Shown here: positions 27,370-37,939 of the stretch, one piece after another
How the letters are laid out: every line of letters begins with the position of its first letter
Position numbering within the stretch: position 1 is the first letter of the stretch
NCBI GenBank assembly: GCA_016191345.1
Contig: JACPOU010000012.1
Location: forward strand, 2,528 to 66,527
Direction of reading: 5' to 3'
DNA: 64,000 nucleotides
DNA from: Chloroflexota bacterium
GTDB taxonomy: Bacteria; Chloroflexota; Limnocylindria; Limnocylindrales; CSP1-4
The notes under the pieces: model-generated
The model's input: the letters and a program-made list of their open reading frames with translations, nothing else
Database searches by the model: none
What the model was told of the DNA's origin: nothing
Program-made: the position numbers and the translations under genes

Positions 27370-30170
27370 CCGGGGCGGGACCGGGCCGCCGCGCGAGCCG
27401 CGGCCTCGATCACGGCGAGCGCCTCCCCGAGCCCGTCGCGGCGCGTGCCCCTGCCCTGCGCCATCTCCGGCCGTCCGCCACCCCTGCCGTCGATGGCGGG
27501 CATCGCCGCCTTCACGAGCTCGCCGGCGGCCAGGCCGTCGCCGAGCAGGTCGTCCGAGATCGTGACGAAGATCCCGGGCTCGTCCGCATCGAGGCCGAGG
27601 GCGACGATGCCGCTGCCCAGGACTCCGCGGACGTCCTTCGCCACGCCCTTCATCGCCTCCATCGATTCGAACGGCGCGGCCACGATGGCGAGCCGGAACC
27701 CGTTGCCGATCTCGATCGCCGCGGCCGCGATCTCGCCGGGCTTCGGGAGGGCCGTGGCCGCGCCGCCGGCGCGGAGCCTGCGCTTCGCCTCGCGGAGCTC
27801 GTCCTGGAGCGCGGCGACGCGGGCCGGGATGGCCTGGACCGTCTGCGCACCGGTGGCGGCCAACGCGTCGTCGAGGGCGTCGGAGCGGGCGCGGAACCAG
27901 GCATCGGCACCGGCGCCGGTCAGCGCCTCGATCCGCCGCATCCCCGAGCCGATGCTCCGGTCCGAGGTGATCACGAAGCTCCCGACCTGCCCGGAGGCGC
28001 GGCAGTGCGTGCCGCCGCAGAGCTCGAAGCTGTAGTCCTGGACCCGGATCGTGCGGACCGTCTCACCGTACTTCTCGTCGAAGAAGGCGTCCGCGCCGGC
28101 ATCGAGGGCGGCCTGCATGCCCATGAAGGCGATCGTGACCGGACGGTCGTCGCGAACGATCCGGCGGACCTCGTCCTCGATCTCGCGGCGCTCGTCGGCG
28201 GTCAGCGCGCGGTCGAACGGGTAGTCGAAGCGGAGATGGTCCGGGGTCACGAGCGAGCCGGCCTGGCGGGCCCGGTCGCCGACGACGTTCCGGAGCGCCC
28301 GATGCAGCAGGTGCGTGCCGGTGTGGTTGCGCATCGTGTGCGCCCGGCGCTCGGCGTCGACCTCGGCGATGACCCCCTGCCCGACTGCGATCCTGCCACG
28401 CAACGTGCCGCGATGGACGATCAGCCCGCCGACGGGCTTCTGGGTGTCCTCGACCTCGAAGAGCACTTCGCCGCCGAGGCCCCGGATCACGCCTCGATCT
28501 CCGACCTGTCCGCCGCCTTCGGCGTAGAAGGGCGTCGCATTCAGGACGATCTCGGCCGCCGCACCGGGCTCGGTCCGGAGCTCCTCGTCTCCCTTCGCCT
28601 GGAGGTTCTCGTACTCGACATCGTCGCGGAGGACGGCCACGACACTGACCCCGTCCTCGAGGCGGGTCGCCTCATAGCCATAGAAGGCGGTGTCGCCCGA
28701 GCGGCCCTGGATGGACTGGTAGAGCGAGGTCAGCTCGGCATGGCGCGCCAGCTCCGCCTTCTTGCCGGAGCGCGACCGGTCGCGCTGCTCCGCGAGCGCA
28801 GCGTCGAAGCCCTCACGATCCACGCCGACGCCGTACTCGGCCGCCAGCTCGATCGTGAGGTCGATCGGAAAGCCGAACGTGTCGTGGAGCTTGAACGCCA
28901 CCGCGCCCGGAATCCGAGACGCGTCCACGGGCAGATCCTCGGGCCGGAGGCCCACCCGGCGGGCGTTCGAGGTCAGCGGGATGAGCGCGTCCTCGAGGAT
29001 CTCCGTGCCGGCCTCGAGAGTCCGCACGAACTGCGCCTCCTCCCGGATGATCGCCCCGAGGACCTCGTCGCGGCGCTCGAGGAGGTGGGGGTACGCCTCA
29101 CCCATCGTCTCGATGACGACCTTCGCGGTCTCGGCCAGGAACGGCTCACGCCGGCCAAGGAGCCGGCCGTGGCGGACGGCACGGCGGATGATCCGGCGCA
29201 GGACGTAGCCGCGGCCCTCGTTCGACGGCAGGACCCCGTCGGCGACGAGGAATGCCGCCGCCCGGGAATGGTCCGCGATGACCTGGTAGCTGAACCGTTC
29301 GGCCTCGAAGGCCTCCGGGTCGTGGCCGAGGAGCTCGCCGAGGCGCGCGTGGATGGGCGTGAAGAGGTCCGTGTCGTAGTTCGAGGGGACCTGCTGGATG
29401 ACGCTCGCCAGCCGCTCGAGGCCCATGCCCGTGTCCACGCCGGGGGCCGGCAGCGGCGTCAGGCTCCGGTCGGGATGGAGCTCGTACTCCATGAAGACGA
29501 GGTTCCAGACCTCGAGCCAGCGGGGGCACTGTTCCGAGTGGTCCGGGACACAGAAGTCCCCCTCGCTGAACTCGATGCCGCGGTCGTAGTGGATCTCCGA
29601 GCAGGGGCCGCACGGCCCGATGTCGGCCATCCGCCACCAGTTCTTCTCGTCACCGTTCGGGAAGTCGCCCCAGCGCGCGACCCGCTCGGCAGGCAGGCCG
29701 ATCTCGGATCGCCAGACATCGTAGGCGAGGTCGTCCGTGGAGTAGACCGTGGCCGCCAGCCGGTCGCCGGGGATGCCGAGGTCCTTCGTGAGGAAGTCCC
29801 AGGCGTAGTGGATCGCCTCGCGCTTGAAGTAGTCGCCGAAGCTGAAGTTGCCGAGCATCTCGAACAGCGTGTGGTGGCGGGGCGTCCGGCCGACCTCCTC
29901 GAAGTCGTTGTGCTTGCCGGCGACCCGCAGGCAGCGCTGGTAGTCGACCGCCCGGTTGTAGCTCCGCTGCTCCGCGCCGGTCAGGGCGTCCTTGAACTGG
30001 ACCATCCCGGAGTTCGTGAAGAGAAGTGTCTGGTCGCCGCCCGGGACGAGGCTCGCGCTCGGGACGGGGGTGTGGCCGCGCTCGGCGAAGAACTCCACGA
30101 AGCGGCGGCGGATCTCGGCGGCCGGGAGCGGCCGGATCCGGGGATCGGGGGTGAACGACGGGCTCGACAT
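27366..30170 (-). CDS. alaS: Alanine--tRNA ligase
   Basis: LLFTNSGMVQFK, HHTLFEMLGNFSFGDYFK, DTGMGLER, editing motifs HTGTHLLH and ELCGGTH, and GGGRPEMAQG. Start ATG 30170. Confidence 0.97.
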   Translation of the reverse strand: MSSPSFTPDPRIRPLPAAEIRRRFVEFFAERGHTPVPSASLVPGGDQTLLFTNSGMVQFKDALTGAEQRSYNRAVDYQRCLRVAGKHNDFEEVGRTPRHHTLFEMLGNFSFGDYFKREAIHYAWDFLTKDLGIPGDRLAATVYSTDDLAYDVWRSEIGLPAERVARWGDFPNGDEKNWWRMADIGPCGPCSEIHYDRGIEFSEGDFCVPDHSEQCPRWLEVWNLVFMEYELHPDRSLTPLPAPGVDTGMGLERLASVIQQVPSNYDTDLFTPIHARLGELLGHDPEAFEAERFSYQVIADHSRAAAFLVADGVLPSNEGRGYVLRRIIRRAVRHGRLLGRREPFLAETAKVVIETMGEAYPHLLERRDEVLGAIIREEAQFVRTLEAGTEILEDALIPLTSNARRVGLRPEDLPVDASRIPGAVAFKLHDTFGFPIDLTIELAAEYGVGVDREGFDAALAEQRDRSRSGKKAELARHAELTSLYQSIQGRSGDTAFYGYEATRLEDGVSVVAVLRDDVEYENLQAKGDEELRTEPGAAAEIVLNATPFYAEGGGQVGDRGVIRGLGGEVLFEVEDTQKPVGGLIVHRGTLRGRIAVGQGVIAEVDAERRAHTMRNHTGTHLLHRALRNVVGDRARQAGSLVTPDHLRFDYPFDRALTADERREIEDEVRRIVRDDRPVTIAFMGMQAALDAGADAFFDEKYGETVRTIRVQDYSFELCGGTHCRASGQVGSFVITSDRSIGSGMRRIEALTGAGADAWFRARSDALDDALAATGAQTVQAIPARVAALQDELREAKRRLRAGGAATALPKPGEIAAAAIEIGNGFRLAIVAAPFESMEAMKGVAKDVRGVLGSGIVALGLDADEPGIFVTISDDLLGDGLAAGELVKAAMPAIDGRGGGRPEMAQGRGTRRDGLGEALAVIEAAARAAARSRPG

Positions 30171-30219
30171 CCGGCCGCAATGGTAGCCGAGCCCGGCGGC
30201 CCGGCCGCGGGCGGCGCGC

Positions 30220-30456
30220 TCAGACGCCGGGCGTCTCGTCGCTCGCGGGATCGGGGACGAGCTCGTCGAGGCGGTCCGCCGGACTGCCTGCCGACAGCTC
30301 GCGGAGCCGCGCCCGGGCCTTCCGGCGCTCCCAGATCGTGGAGCCGGCGATCGCCGCCCCGACGATCGCGCCGATCGCAAGACCGCGCATGAAGCGCGAG
30401 CCCGACGGCACGAGGTCCGTGATCAGGTCGACGGCGGAGCTGGTACGGGATGTCAT
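30220..30456 (-). CDS. Small protein with YtxH-like glycine-zipper TM segment
   Basis: FMRGLAIGAIVGAAIAG followed by a basic stretch; ATGA overlap with the upstream ORF. Confidence 0.6.
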   Translation of the reverse strand: MTSRTSSAVDLITDLVPSGSRFMRGLAIGAIVGAAIAGSTIWERRKARARLRELSAGSPADRLDELVPDPASDETPGV

Positions 30457-30782
30457 CGGGGCACCTCTGGGCTGGATGGGGCGACGGGGTCGGGCGTGAG
30501 ACGCGCGTCGCGGGGCTCGCGCTGCGCGAGGACCGAGATGAGGGCCACCGAGATGATCCCGACCCAGGCGAGGACGGAGGCGCCGACGAGGTGGAAGTCC
30601 CCGATCCGAAGGGGGTCGACCCCCAGGCGTCCGGCGAGGGCGTCGCCGGCCCAGGCGCCCAGGAACGCGGCGAGGACGAGGATCGGGAGCCGCTGGCCCG
30701 CGCTGCCGCGGACGAGGATGTACACGGAGACGTGGAGGATGCCGACGAGGAACGCGAGGATCGGCGCCGGCCCGAGGCTCAT
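30453..30782 (-). CDS. Small hypothetical membrane protein (about 3 TM helices)
   Basis: [14 protein letters not shown]...[10 protein letters not shown]...[14 protein letters not shown]; ATGA overlap with the mnmA stop. Confidence 0.7.
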   Translation of the reverse strand: MSLGPAPILAFLVGILHVSVYILVRGSAGQRLPILVLAAFLGAWAGDALAGRLGVDPLRIGDFHLVGASVLAWVGIISVALISVLAQREPRDARLTPDPVAPSSPEVPR

Positions 30783-31912
30783 CCGACCACCACCCGCTCC
30801 CCGGCCGCCGCGCGCTCGCCGACCGGGACGGCCGGCCGCGCGATGCGGCCGCCGCCGAGGCATGCATCCCCGTCGTACAGCACGGCCGCCTGGCCGGGCG
30901 CGATCGCCCAGACCGGCGCGTCCGTCTCGATGAACCAGGCTCCGCCTTCGCGGCGGACCGCCGCCGGGACCGGGGTGCCCCGGTGACGAATCCGGACCGC
31001 CGCACGGAAGGACGAGCGCGCCTCGCGGTCGTCGATGAAGCGGACGTCCTCGAGCTCGATGCGCCGCGTCTCGAGGTCCTCGCGCCGACCCAGCGTGATC
31101 GTGTTCGTGACCGGATCCACGCGCGACACGTAGCGCGGCGCGCCGAGCGCGATCCCGAGGCCCTGGCGCTGGCCGGGCGTGAAGCCGGCCGCTCCGTCGT
31201 GATCCCCGACGCGCGATCCGTCCCCGTCGAGGACCGGACCCCGCTCCCCTGCCCAGCCGGCCCGTTCCCGGAGTGCGCCCCGGACGTCGCCGTCGGGGAT
31301 GAAGCAGATGCCCTGGCTCTCCGGCTTCTCGGCCGTGGCGAGGCCGAGCCGCCGCGCGACGTCGCGGACCTCCGGCTTCGTCAGCTCGCCGAGGGGGAAG
31401 CGCGCGTCGCGGAGCTGGTCCTGCCGGAGGCCGTAGAGGAAGTACGTCTGGTCCTTGTCCTCGTCGCGGGCCCGCAGCATTCGCGCCCGGCCGTCCTCGT
31501 CGACGACGCGGCGCGCATAGTGGCCGGTCGCGACCGCGTCGCAGTCGTAGAGGTGCCGGGCCCGCCCCAGGAGCGCCCCGAACTTGACGGTCGTGTTGCA
31601 GTCGATGCAGGGGCTCGGCGTCCGGCCGTCGAGGTACGCGCCGAGGAATGGCGACAGGACGCCGTCATCGAACTCGCGCTCCAGGTTCATGACGTAGAAC
31701 GGGATGTCGAGCTGGGCCGCGACGCGCCGGGCGTCCTCGGCCGCGTCGAGGGAGCAGCAGCTCTTCTTGAACTCCGAGATCGAGTCCGCCACGTCGTGGA
31801 GCCGCATCCAGACGCCGACGACGTCATAGCCCTGCTCCACGAGGAGCGCCGCCGCGACCGACGAATCCACCCCGCCGGACATCGCGACGAGGACGCGCTC
31901 GCGCGCGCTCAC
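30779..31912 (-). CDS. mnmA: tRNA 2-thiouridylase MnmA
   Basis: [39 protein letters not shown] and APGQAAVLY. Confidence 0.96.
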   Translation of the reverse strand: MSARERVLVAMSGGVDSSVAAALLVEQGYDVVGVWMRLHDVADSISEFKKSCCSLDAAEDARRVAAQLDIPFYVMNLEREFDDGVLSPFLGAYLDGRTPSPCIDCNTTVKFGALLGRARHLYDCDAVATGHYARRVVDEDGRARMLRARDEDKDQTYFLYGLRQDQLRDARFPLGELTKPEVRDVARRLGLATAEKPESQGICFIPDGDVRGALRERAGWAGERGPVLDGDGSRVGDHDGAAGFTPGQRQGLGIALGAPRYVSRVDPVTNTITLGRREDLETRRIELEDVRFIDDREARSSFRAAVRIRHRGTPVPAAVRREGGAWFIETDAPVWAIAPGQAAVLYDGDACLGGGRIARPAVPVGERAAAGERVVVG

Positions 31913-33123
31913 CGCACGGGCGCCGTCGTGCTGCCGGTTGCCGGATACCGGCCCGCCGCCGCGTCCGCGAGTCGGACGGCCGCGGCGCGCGCCAGCGAGA
32001 CGACGCGCGGCACGATCTCGACCGCCTCGTCGATCTCCGCGTCCGTGGTCGCGTGGCCGAACGAGATCCGCAGCGACCCGCGCGACTCCTCCTCCGGATA
32101 GCCCATGGCGGTGAGGACGTGCGACGGCTCGGCCGAGCCGGTCGTGCAGGCCGAGCCGACGGACGCGGCGACACCCTCGAGATCGAGCTTGACGACGATC
32201 GATGCCCCGTCGACGTCGCGGACGATCACGGACGCGAGGCCGGGCAGGCGATCCTTCGGATGGCCCGTCAGCTCCACGCCCTCGGCGCCGGTGAGCGCGG
32301 CGAGGAGCCGGTCGCGGCCGCGCCGGAGCCGGCGCGCGGTGGCGTCCCGCTGCTCGACGGCGAGCTCGTACGCGACGGCCATCCCGACTGCGGCCGCGAC
32401 GTCCTCCGTCCCGGCGCGCCGGAAGCGCTCCTGCGAGCCGCCCTGCTGCTGGCTGAGGATGTGGGTCCCGCCACGCAGGAAGAGCGCGCCGGCTCCCTTG
32501 GGGCCCTCGAACTTGTGGGCGGCGATCGCGAGCAGATCGACGTCCATCGCCTGGACGTCCACCGGCAGGTACGGCGCCGATGCGATCGCGTCCACGGCGA
32601 TGAGGCAGCCCCTGGGCCCCTGGGTCCGGACGCGACGGACGATCTCGGCCAGCGGCTGGATGGTCCCGACCTCGTTGTTCGCATGGCCGATGGCGACGAG
32701 GATCGTGCGGTCCGTCAGGGCGGCCGTGACGGCCTCGGGATCGACCCGCCCGTAGCGGTCCACGGGCAGCTCCACGACCTCGAAGCCGAACTTCTCGAGC
32801 TGCTGGAGGGGGTGCAGGACCGCGTGGTGCTCCACCTTCGTCGTGATGATCCGGTGGCCGCGGGCCTTGCCGGCCCAGGCCGCGCCCTTCAGCGCGAGGT
32901 TGAGGGCCTCGGTGCCGCCGCTCGTGATGACGAGCTCCCGCGCGGTGCAGCCGAGGCGGGCGGCGATCCGCTCGTGCGCGTCATCGAGGGCAGCCCGGGC
33001 CTTGCGGCCCCACGCGTGGGGCGAGCTCGGGTTGCCGAACTGCTCCCCGAGGTACGGGAGCATCGCCTCCCGCGCCTCTGTCCGGAGCGGCGTGGTCGCG
33101 GCGTGGTCGAGGTAGAGGGGCAT
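31909..33123 (-). CDS. iscS: Cysteine desulfurase (IscS/NifS family)
   Basis: [41 protein letters not shown] and LRISFG. Start ATG 33123. Confidence 0.92.
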   Translation of the reverse strand: MPLYLDHAATTPLRTEAREAMLPYLGEQFGNPSSPHAWGRKARAALDDAHERIAARLGCTARELVITSGGTEALNLALKGAAWAGKARGHRIITTKVEHHAVLHPLQQLEKFGFEVVELPVDRYGRVDPEAVTAALTDRTILVAIGHANNEVGTIQPLAEIVRRVRTQGPRGCLIAVDAIASAPYLPVDVQAMDVDLLAIAAHKFEGPKGAGALFLRGGTHILSQQQGGSQERFRRAGTEDVAAAVGMAVAYELAVEQRDATARRLRRGRDRLLAALTGAEGVELTGHPKDRLPGLASVIVRDVDGASIVVKLDLEGVAASVGSACTTGSAEPSHVLTAMGYPEEESRGSLRISFGHATTDAEIDEAVEIVPRVVSLARAAAVRLADAAAGRYPATGSTTAPVR

Positions 33124-33158
33124 CCCCGCGATTGTAGGCGCCCGGGCGCCGATGCCCG

Positions 33159-35078
33159 TCAGGCCTCCGCGCGGCTCCGGTCGTACTCGCGGCCACGCTC
33201 CCGTTCGCGCTCGTGCTTCGGGAGCAGGCGCTTCCGGAGGCGGATCGAATCCGGGGTCGCCTCGACGAGCTCGTCGCTGGCGATGAACTCGAGGGCGGAT
33301 TCCAGCGTGAGCGGGCGGGGCGGCGTGAGCCGGAGCGCCTCGTCGTGCGAGTGGGTCCGGATGTTCGTGAGCTTCTTCTCCTTGGCCGGGTTGACGTCGA
33401 GGTCGCCCGACCGGGAGTTCTCGCCGACGATCATGCCCTCGTAGACCTCGACCCCGGCGCCGATGAACAGGGCGGCCCGCTCCTGGAGGTTGAAGAGCCC
33501 GTAGGCATTCGAGATGCCTGTCCGGTCGCTGACGAGCACGCCCGACGTCCGGTGCGTGACCTCGCCGGCCCACGGCCCGTAGCCCTCGCCGATCTGGTGG
33601 AGCAACGCTGTGCCCCGGGTCTCGGTGAGGAGCTGGCCGCGATAGCCGATGAGCCCGCGGACCGGCAGGACGAACTCCATCCGGACCCGGCCGTCGGCAT
33701 CGGTCGACATCTGCTCGAGGCGGCCCTTGCGCGCCGCGAGCGCGGTCTGGATCTCGCCGATGAACTCCGGCGGGATGTCGACCGTGATCCGCTCGTACGG
33801 CTCCTGGACCTCGCCATCGACCTCGCGGAGGATGACCTCGGGGCGGGAGGCCGTGAGCTCGTAGCCTTCGCGGCGCATCTGCTCGATGAGGACCGCGAGC
33901 TGGAGCTCGCCGCGGCCGCGGACCTCGAACGTGTCGCCCGATTCCGTCGGATAGACCTCGATCGAGACGTTGCCGAGGATCTCCTTGTCGAGGCGGGCCT
34001 TGATCTGGCGAGACGTGACGTACCTGCCCTCGCGGCCGGCGAGCGGCGACGTGTTCACCCCGAACGTCATCCGGAGGGTCGGCGCGTCGACGTCGAGGCG
34101 CGGCAGCGGGCGCGGGTCGCCGGGTTCCGTCAGGGTGTCGCCGATCGTGACATCCGGCAGGCCGGCGACGGACACGATGTCGCCCGCGGTTGCCTCGCTG
34201 ATGTCGATGCGCTCGATCCCCCGGGCGGTCTGGAGGCTCGTCACCTGGCCCGACAGCGTCACCGTCCGCCCCGGCTCCACCGCGCCGGCCGTGTCGCCGG
34301 CCTCCTCGCGGACGACGACGATCTTCTGGCCGACCCGGACGGCGCCGTTCCGGATCCGCCCGACGGCCATCCGTCCGACGTACTCGTTGGCGCTCAGGTT
34401 CGTCACGAGGAGCTGGAGCGGGTGGCCGGGCACATGGCGTGGCGGCGGCGTCACCTCGACCAGCAGGTCGAGGAGCGGCCGGAGGTCCGTCCCGGGAACC
34501 GCCAGGTCCAGCGTCGCCGTGCCGAGCTTGGCGTTCGTGTAGACGACCGGGAAGTCGATCTGGTCGTCGTCGGCGCCGAGGTTGATGAAGAGCTCGTAGA
34601 CCGCGTCGAGGACCTCGGCCGGGCGGGCGTCGTGGCGGTCGACCTTGTTGAGGGCGACGATCACCGGCAGGCGCTTGGCCATCGCCTTCTGGAGCACGTA
34701 GCGGGTCTGGGGCAGCGGGCCCTCGGCCGCGTCCACGAGGAGCAGCACGGCATCGACCATCAGGAGCGAGCGCTCCACCTCGCCGCCGAAGTCGGCGTGG
34801 CCCGGCGTGTCGACGATGTTCAGGCGGACGCCGTCATGCTCGACCGTCGTCTGCTTGGCGAGGATCGTGATCCCCTTCTCCTTCTCGAGGTCCATCGAAT
34901 CCATGACCCGGTCGGCCACGATCTGGTTGGATCGGAAGGCCCCGGTCTGGCGGAGAAGGGCATCGACGAGGGTCGTCTTGCCGTGGTCGACGTGGGCGAC
35001 GATCGCGACGTTCCGGAGGTCCTCGCGGGGGACCGAACCGTCGGCGGCGGGCATGGCGGACAGGGTCGGCTCGTTCAT
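33159..35078 (-). CDS. typA: Translational GTPase TypA/BipA
   Basis: AHVDHGKTT, GITILAK, DTPGHADFGGEVER, GRGELQL..LIE.MRREG and ELVEATP..IRLRK. Start ATG 35078. Confidence 0.96.
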   Translation of the reverse strand: MNEPTLSAMPAADGSVPREDLRNVAIVAHVDHGKTTLVDALLRQTGAFRSNQIVADRVMDSMDLEKEKGITILAKQTTVEHDGVRLNIVDTPGHADFGGEVERSLLMVDAVLLLVDAAEGPLPQTRYVLQKAMAKRLPVIVALNKVDRHDARPAEVLDAVYELFINLGADDDQIDFPVVYTNAKLGTATLDLAVPGTDLRPLLDLLVEVTPPPRHVPGHPLQLLVTNLSANEYVGRMAVGRIRNGAVRVGQKIVVVREEAGDTAGAVEPGRTVTLSGQVTSLQTARGIERIDISEATAGDIVSVAGLPDVTIGDTLTEPGDPRPLPRLDVDAPTLRMTFGVNTSPLAGREGRYVTSRQIKARLDKEILGNVSIEVYPTESGDTFEVRGRGELQLAVLIEQMRREGYELTASRPEVILREVDGEVQEPYERITVDIPPEFIGEIQTALAARKGRLEQMSTDADGRVRMEFVLPVRGLIGYRGQLLTETRGTALLHQIGEGYGPWAGEVTHRTSGVLVSDRTGISNAYGLFNLQERAALFIGAGVEVYEGMIVGENSRSGDLDVNPAKEKKLTNIRTHSHDEALRLTPPRPLTLESALEFIASDELVEATPDSIRLRKRLLPKHERERERGREYDRSRAEA

Positions 35079-35126
35079 GGGCCGGCGGATTGTCGCACAG
35101 GATGCCGCCGCTGCTAGCATCCGGCC

Positions 35127-35828
35127 ATGACCGTTGCCGCCGTCATCCTCGCCGCATCCCCCGGGAGCGCCCTCGCCGACGCGGACGGACTCGCCGCCGT
35201 GAGGCGGATCGCGGACGTCGCCTGGAGCGGCGGCGCGACGCCGATCGTGGTGGGGTCCTTCGACCCGGACGGCGGCGTGGCCGCGGCGCTCGCCGGCGCG
35301 CCGGTGACCCTCGCCGCGCCCGCGCCCGTGGAGGGCGGGCCCGTGGCCCAGATCCGGCGGGTCATCGACGTCGCCCGGGCCGAGATCTCCGGCACGGACG
35401 CGGCGCTCGTGTGGCCGGCCCGGATCACGTGGGTCGGACCGGAGACCGTGACGTCGCTCATCGAGGCCCACGGCCTCGACCCCGATGCGATCCTCCGCCC
35501 CGCCTACGACGGCGAGGCCGGCTGGCCGGTCCTCGTTCCGGTGGCCCACGCGGCGGCGCTCGCGACCATCGCCTCCGACCGCCTGCCCGGCGATGTCATC
35601 GACGACCTCGCGGCGACCGGGATCCGGGTCCTGGAGCTCGAGCTGGGCGACCCGGGCACGACCCACGACCGGTCCACCGCCCTGTCCGACCTGCCGCCGT
35701 ACGTCGGGCCGTCGGAACCCGCCCGCGGCCACAGCCATGAGTGGGGCGCCGAGGTGGCCGCCACGGCCGACGACGGCCCCCTCGAAGGACCGTCGCTCGC
35801 GCCGTACCCGCCCGCCGATCCGGGCTGA
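35127..35828 (+). CDS. NTP-transferase (MobA/MocA-like) domain protein
   Basis: VAAVILAA start and P.YDGEAGWPVL motif; a TAGCAT -10 element lies 6 nt before the ATG. Confidence 0.65.
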   Translation: MTVAAVILAASPGSALADADGLAAVRRIADVAWSGGATPIVVGSFDPDGGVAAALAGAPVTLAAPAPVEGGPVAQIRRVIDVARAEISGTDAALVWPARITWVGPETVTSLIEAHGLDPDAILRPAYDGEAGWPVLVPVAHAAALATIASDRLPGDVIDDLAATGIRVLELELGDPGTTHDRSTALSDLPPYVGPSEPARGHSHEWGAEVAATADDGPLEGPSLAPYPPADPG

Positions 35829-35850
35829 CCGTCGCCCTGCGGCAACCATG

Positions 35851-35870
35851 CGCCGGGCGGCGACCCGGCG
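35851..35870. terminator. GC hairpin between convergent genes (possible terminator)
   Basis: cgccggg-cggcga-cccggcg stem-loop between the MobA-like and aspS stops; no U-tract. Confidence 0.35.
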
Positions 35871-35911
35871 CCGGGCGGCGCCCCGATCGTTCGCGCGTCG
35901 GGGACGAAACG

Positions 35912-37786
35912 TCAGGGCTGGGGCTTGCCCGGAACCCCCACGAATCGCAGGCCGAGTTCCGCGTACTGGTTCGCGTCCGGCTCGGACGGGGCATCGAGCA
36001 TCGGGTCGCTCCCCGACTGGGTCTTCGGGAACGCCATGACCTCGCGGATGTTCACCTGGTGGCTCAGCAGGGCCGCCCACCGGTCGATGCCGAGCGCGAT
36101 CCCGCCGTGGGGCGGCGCGCCGTACTCGAAGGCATCGAGGATGGCTCCGAACATGTTCCGCATCCGGTCGATGGTGTAGCCCTGCAGGGCGAAACTCCGT
36201 TCCAGGAGGTCCCGGCGCCAGATGCGGATCGAGCCGCCACCGAGCTCCCAGCCGTTCAATACGAGGTCGTACTGGAGGGCACGGGCACGGCCGGCGGGAT
36301 CGCCGGGGCTGGGCCTCGACGGGTCGCCGGAGAGGGTCTCGAGGAGCGCCTCGTCCTCCGCGACGACGCCGGAGAACGGGTTGTGCGTCGCGTCCCAGCG
36401 GCCGCCCTCGACGTCCCACTGGTACATCGGGAAGCGATGGACCCAGGCATAGGCGAGGACGGCGGGATCGGCGAGGCGCAGGCTCGTCCCGAGCTCGGCC
36501 CGCAGCCGGCCGAGGACGTCGTGGGTAACGCCCGCCGCGTCGGCCAGGATGAGCACGAGGTCGCCGGGGTTGGCGCCGCTTCGCCGGACGAGCCGGTCCA
36601 CGAGCGCATCGCCGAGGAACTTCGCGATGGGCGACTTGATCGAGCCGTCGGCGCCCACCGCCAGGTAGGCGAGACCCTTCGCCCCGAAGCGCTTCGCGGT
36701 CTCGGTCAGCTCATCGATCCGGCTGCGCGGCACGTCGCCCAGGCCCGGCGCGACGATCGCCTTCACGCGGCCCCCGGTCGCGAGCGCCTCGTCGAACACC
36801 CGGAAGCCGGACGCCGGCGCGCCGCCGGGACCGGAGAGCTCCGGCGCGAGGTCCACGAGCTCCATGCCGAACCGCAGGTCCGGCTTGTCCGAACCGTACC
36901 GCTCCATGACGTCGTCGAAGGTGTAGACCGGGAAGGGATCGCTCTGGATCGGGCGGTCCGGCACCACGGCACGGCTGACCTCGAGGACCATCCGCTCGAT
37001 GAACGCCATCACCGTCGGCTCGTCGACGAAGCTCATCTCGAGGTCCAGCTGGGTGAACTCCGGCTGGCGGTCGCCGCGGAGGTCCTCGTCCCGGAAGCAG
37101 CGCGCGATCTGGAAGTAGCGGTCCACGCCGGCGACCATGAGGAGCTGCTTCAGCTGCTGCGGGCTCTGCGGCAGGGCGTAGACGGCGCCGGGCTGGAGGC
37201 GCGACGGGACGATGAAGTCGCGGGCGCCCTCGGGCGTGCTCTTGATGAGGTTCGGCGTCTCGACCTCGATGAAGCCGCTCGCGTGGTGGACCTCGCGGAT
37301 CGCCTGGACGAGGCGGCTCCGGAGCAGGAGCCGACGCTGCATCGCCTCGCGGCGGATGTCGAGGTAGCGGTACCGGAGGCGCAGGGTCTCGTCGATCGAG
37401 GCGTCCGGGTCGTTGATGTAGAAGGGCGGCGTCTTCGCCTCGTTGAGGATCACGACGTCGGTCGCCCGGAGCTCGATGGCGCCGGTCGGCAGCTTCGCGT
37501 TCTCCGTCCCCGGAAGCCGCCGCGCGACCGTGCCCGACACCGTCACGACGAACTCCGACCGGGCCCGCGACGCGATCGCGTGCGCCTCGGGTGCGTCCGT
37601 CGCGTCGATCACCACCTGGGTGATGCCGTGGCGGTCGCGGAGGTCGACGAAGATCAACTGGCCATGGTCGCGGCGGCGATGGACCCAGCCCGAGAGGCGG
37701 GCGTTCGCGCCGGCATCGACGTCGCGCAGCGCCCCGCAGGTGTGGGTCCGGTAGGGCGTGGCGAGATGGGTGGTCGAGTCGGTCAT
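35912..37786 (-). CDS. aspS: Aspartate--tRNA ligase, probably the non-discriminating Asp/Asn type
   Basis: RRDHG, STPEGARDF, LPQSPQ, FRDEDLRGDRQPEFTQLD and GAPPHGG. His in RDHG and Gly in LPGTEN are the residues associated with non-discriminating AspRS. Start ATG 37786. Confidence 0.95.
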   Translation of the reverse strand: MTDSTTHLATPYRTHTCGALRDVDAGANARLSGWVHRRRDHGQLIFVDLRDRHGITQVVIDATDAPEAHAIASRARSEFVVTVSGTVARRLPGTENAKLPTGAIELRATDVVILNEAKTPPFYINDPDASIDETLRLRYRYLDIRREAMQRRLLLRSRLVQAIREVHHASGFIEVETPNLIKSTPEGARDFIVPSRLQPGAVYALPQSPQQLKQLLMVAGVDRYFQIARCFRDEDLRGDRQPEFTQLDLEMSFVDEPTVMAFIERMVLEVSRAVVPDRPIQSDPFPVYTFDDVMERYGSDKPDLRFGMELVDLAPELSGPGGAPASGFRVFDEALATGGRVKAIVAPGLGDVPRSRIDELTETAKRFGAKGLAYLAVGADGSIKSPIAKFLGDALVDRLVRRSGANPGDLVLILADAAGVTHDVLGRLRAELGTSLRLADPAVLAYAWVHRFPMYQWDVEGGRWDATHNPFSGVVAEDEALLETLSGDPSRPSPGDPAGRARALQYDLVLNGWELGGGSIRIWRRDLLERSFALQGYTIDRMRNMFGAILDAFEYGAPPHGGIALGIDRWAALLSHQVNIREVMAFPKTQSGSDPMLDAPSEPDANQYAELGLRFVGVPGKPQP

Positions 37787-37939
37787 GGCGCTGGGTATCG
37801 TAGCCGCCGGGCGCCGATGCGGCGGGGATCGCCAGGTTCCCGGGCCGCGGATCACGCTGGTCGGGGATCACCCGCCGTTGCGGCGGGGGTTCGCGCTGCC
37901 TCGCCGTCCTCGCGTCGGCGGGGCGTCCGTCGCAGGCCC

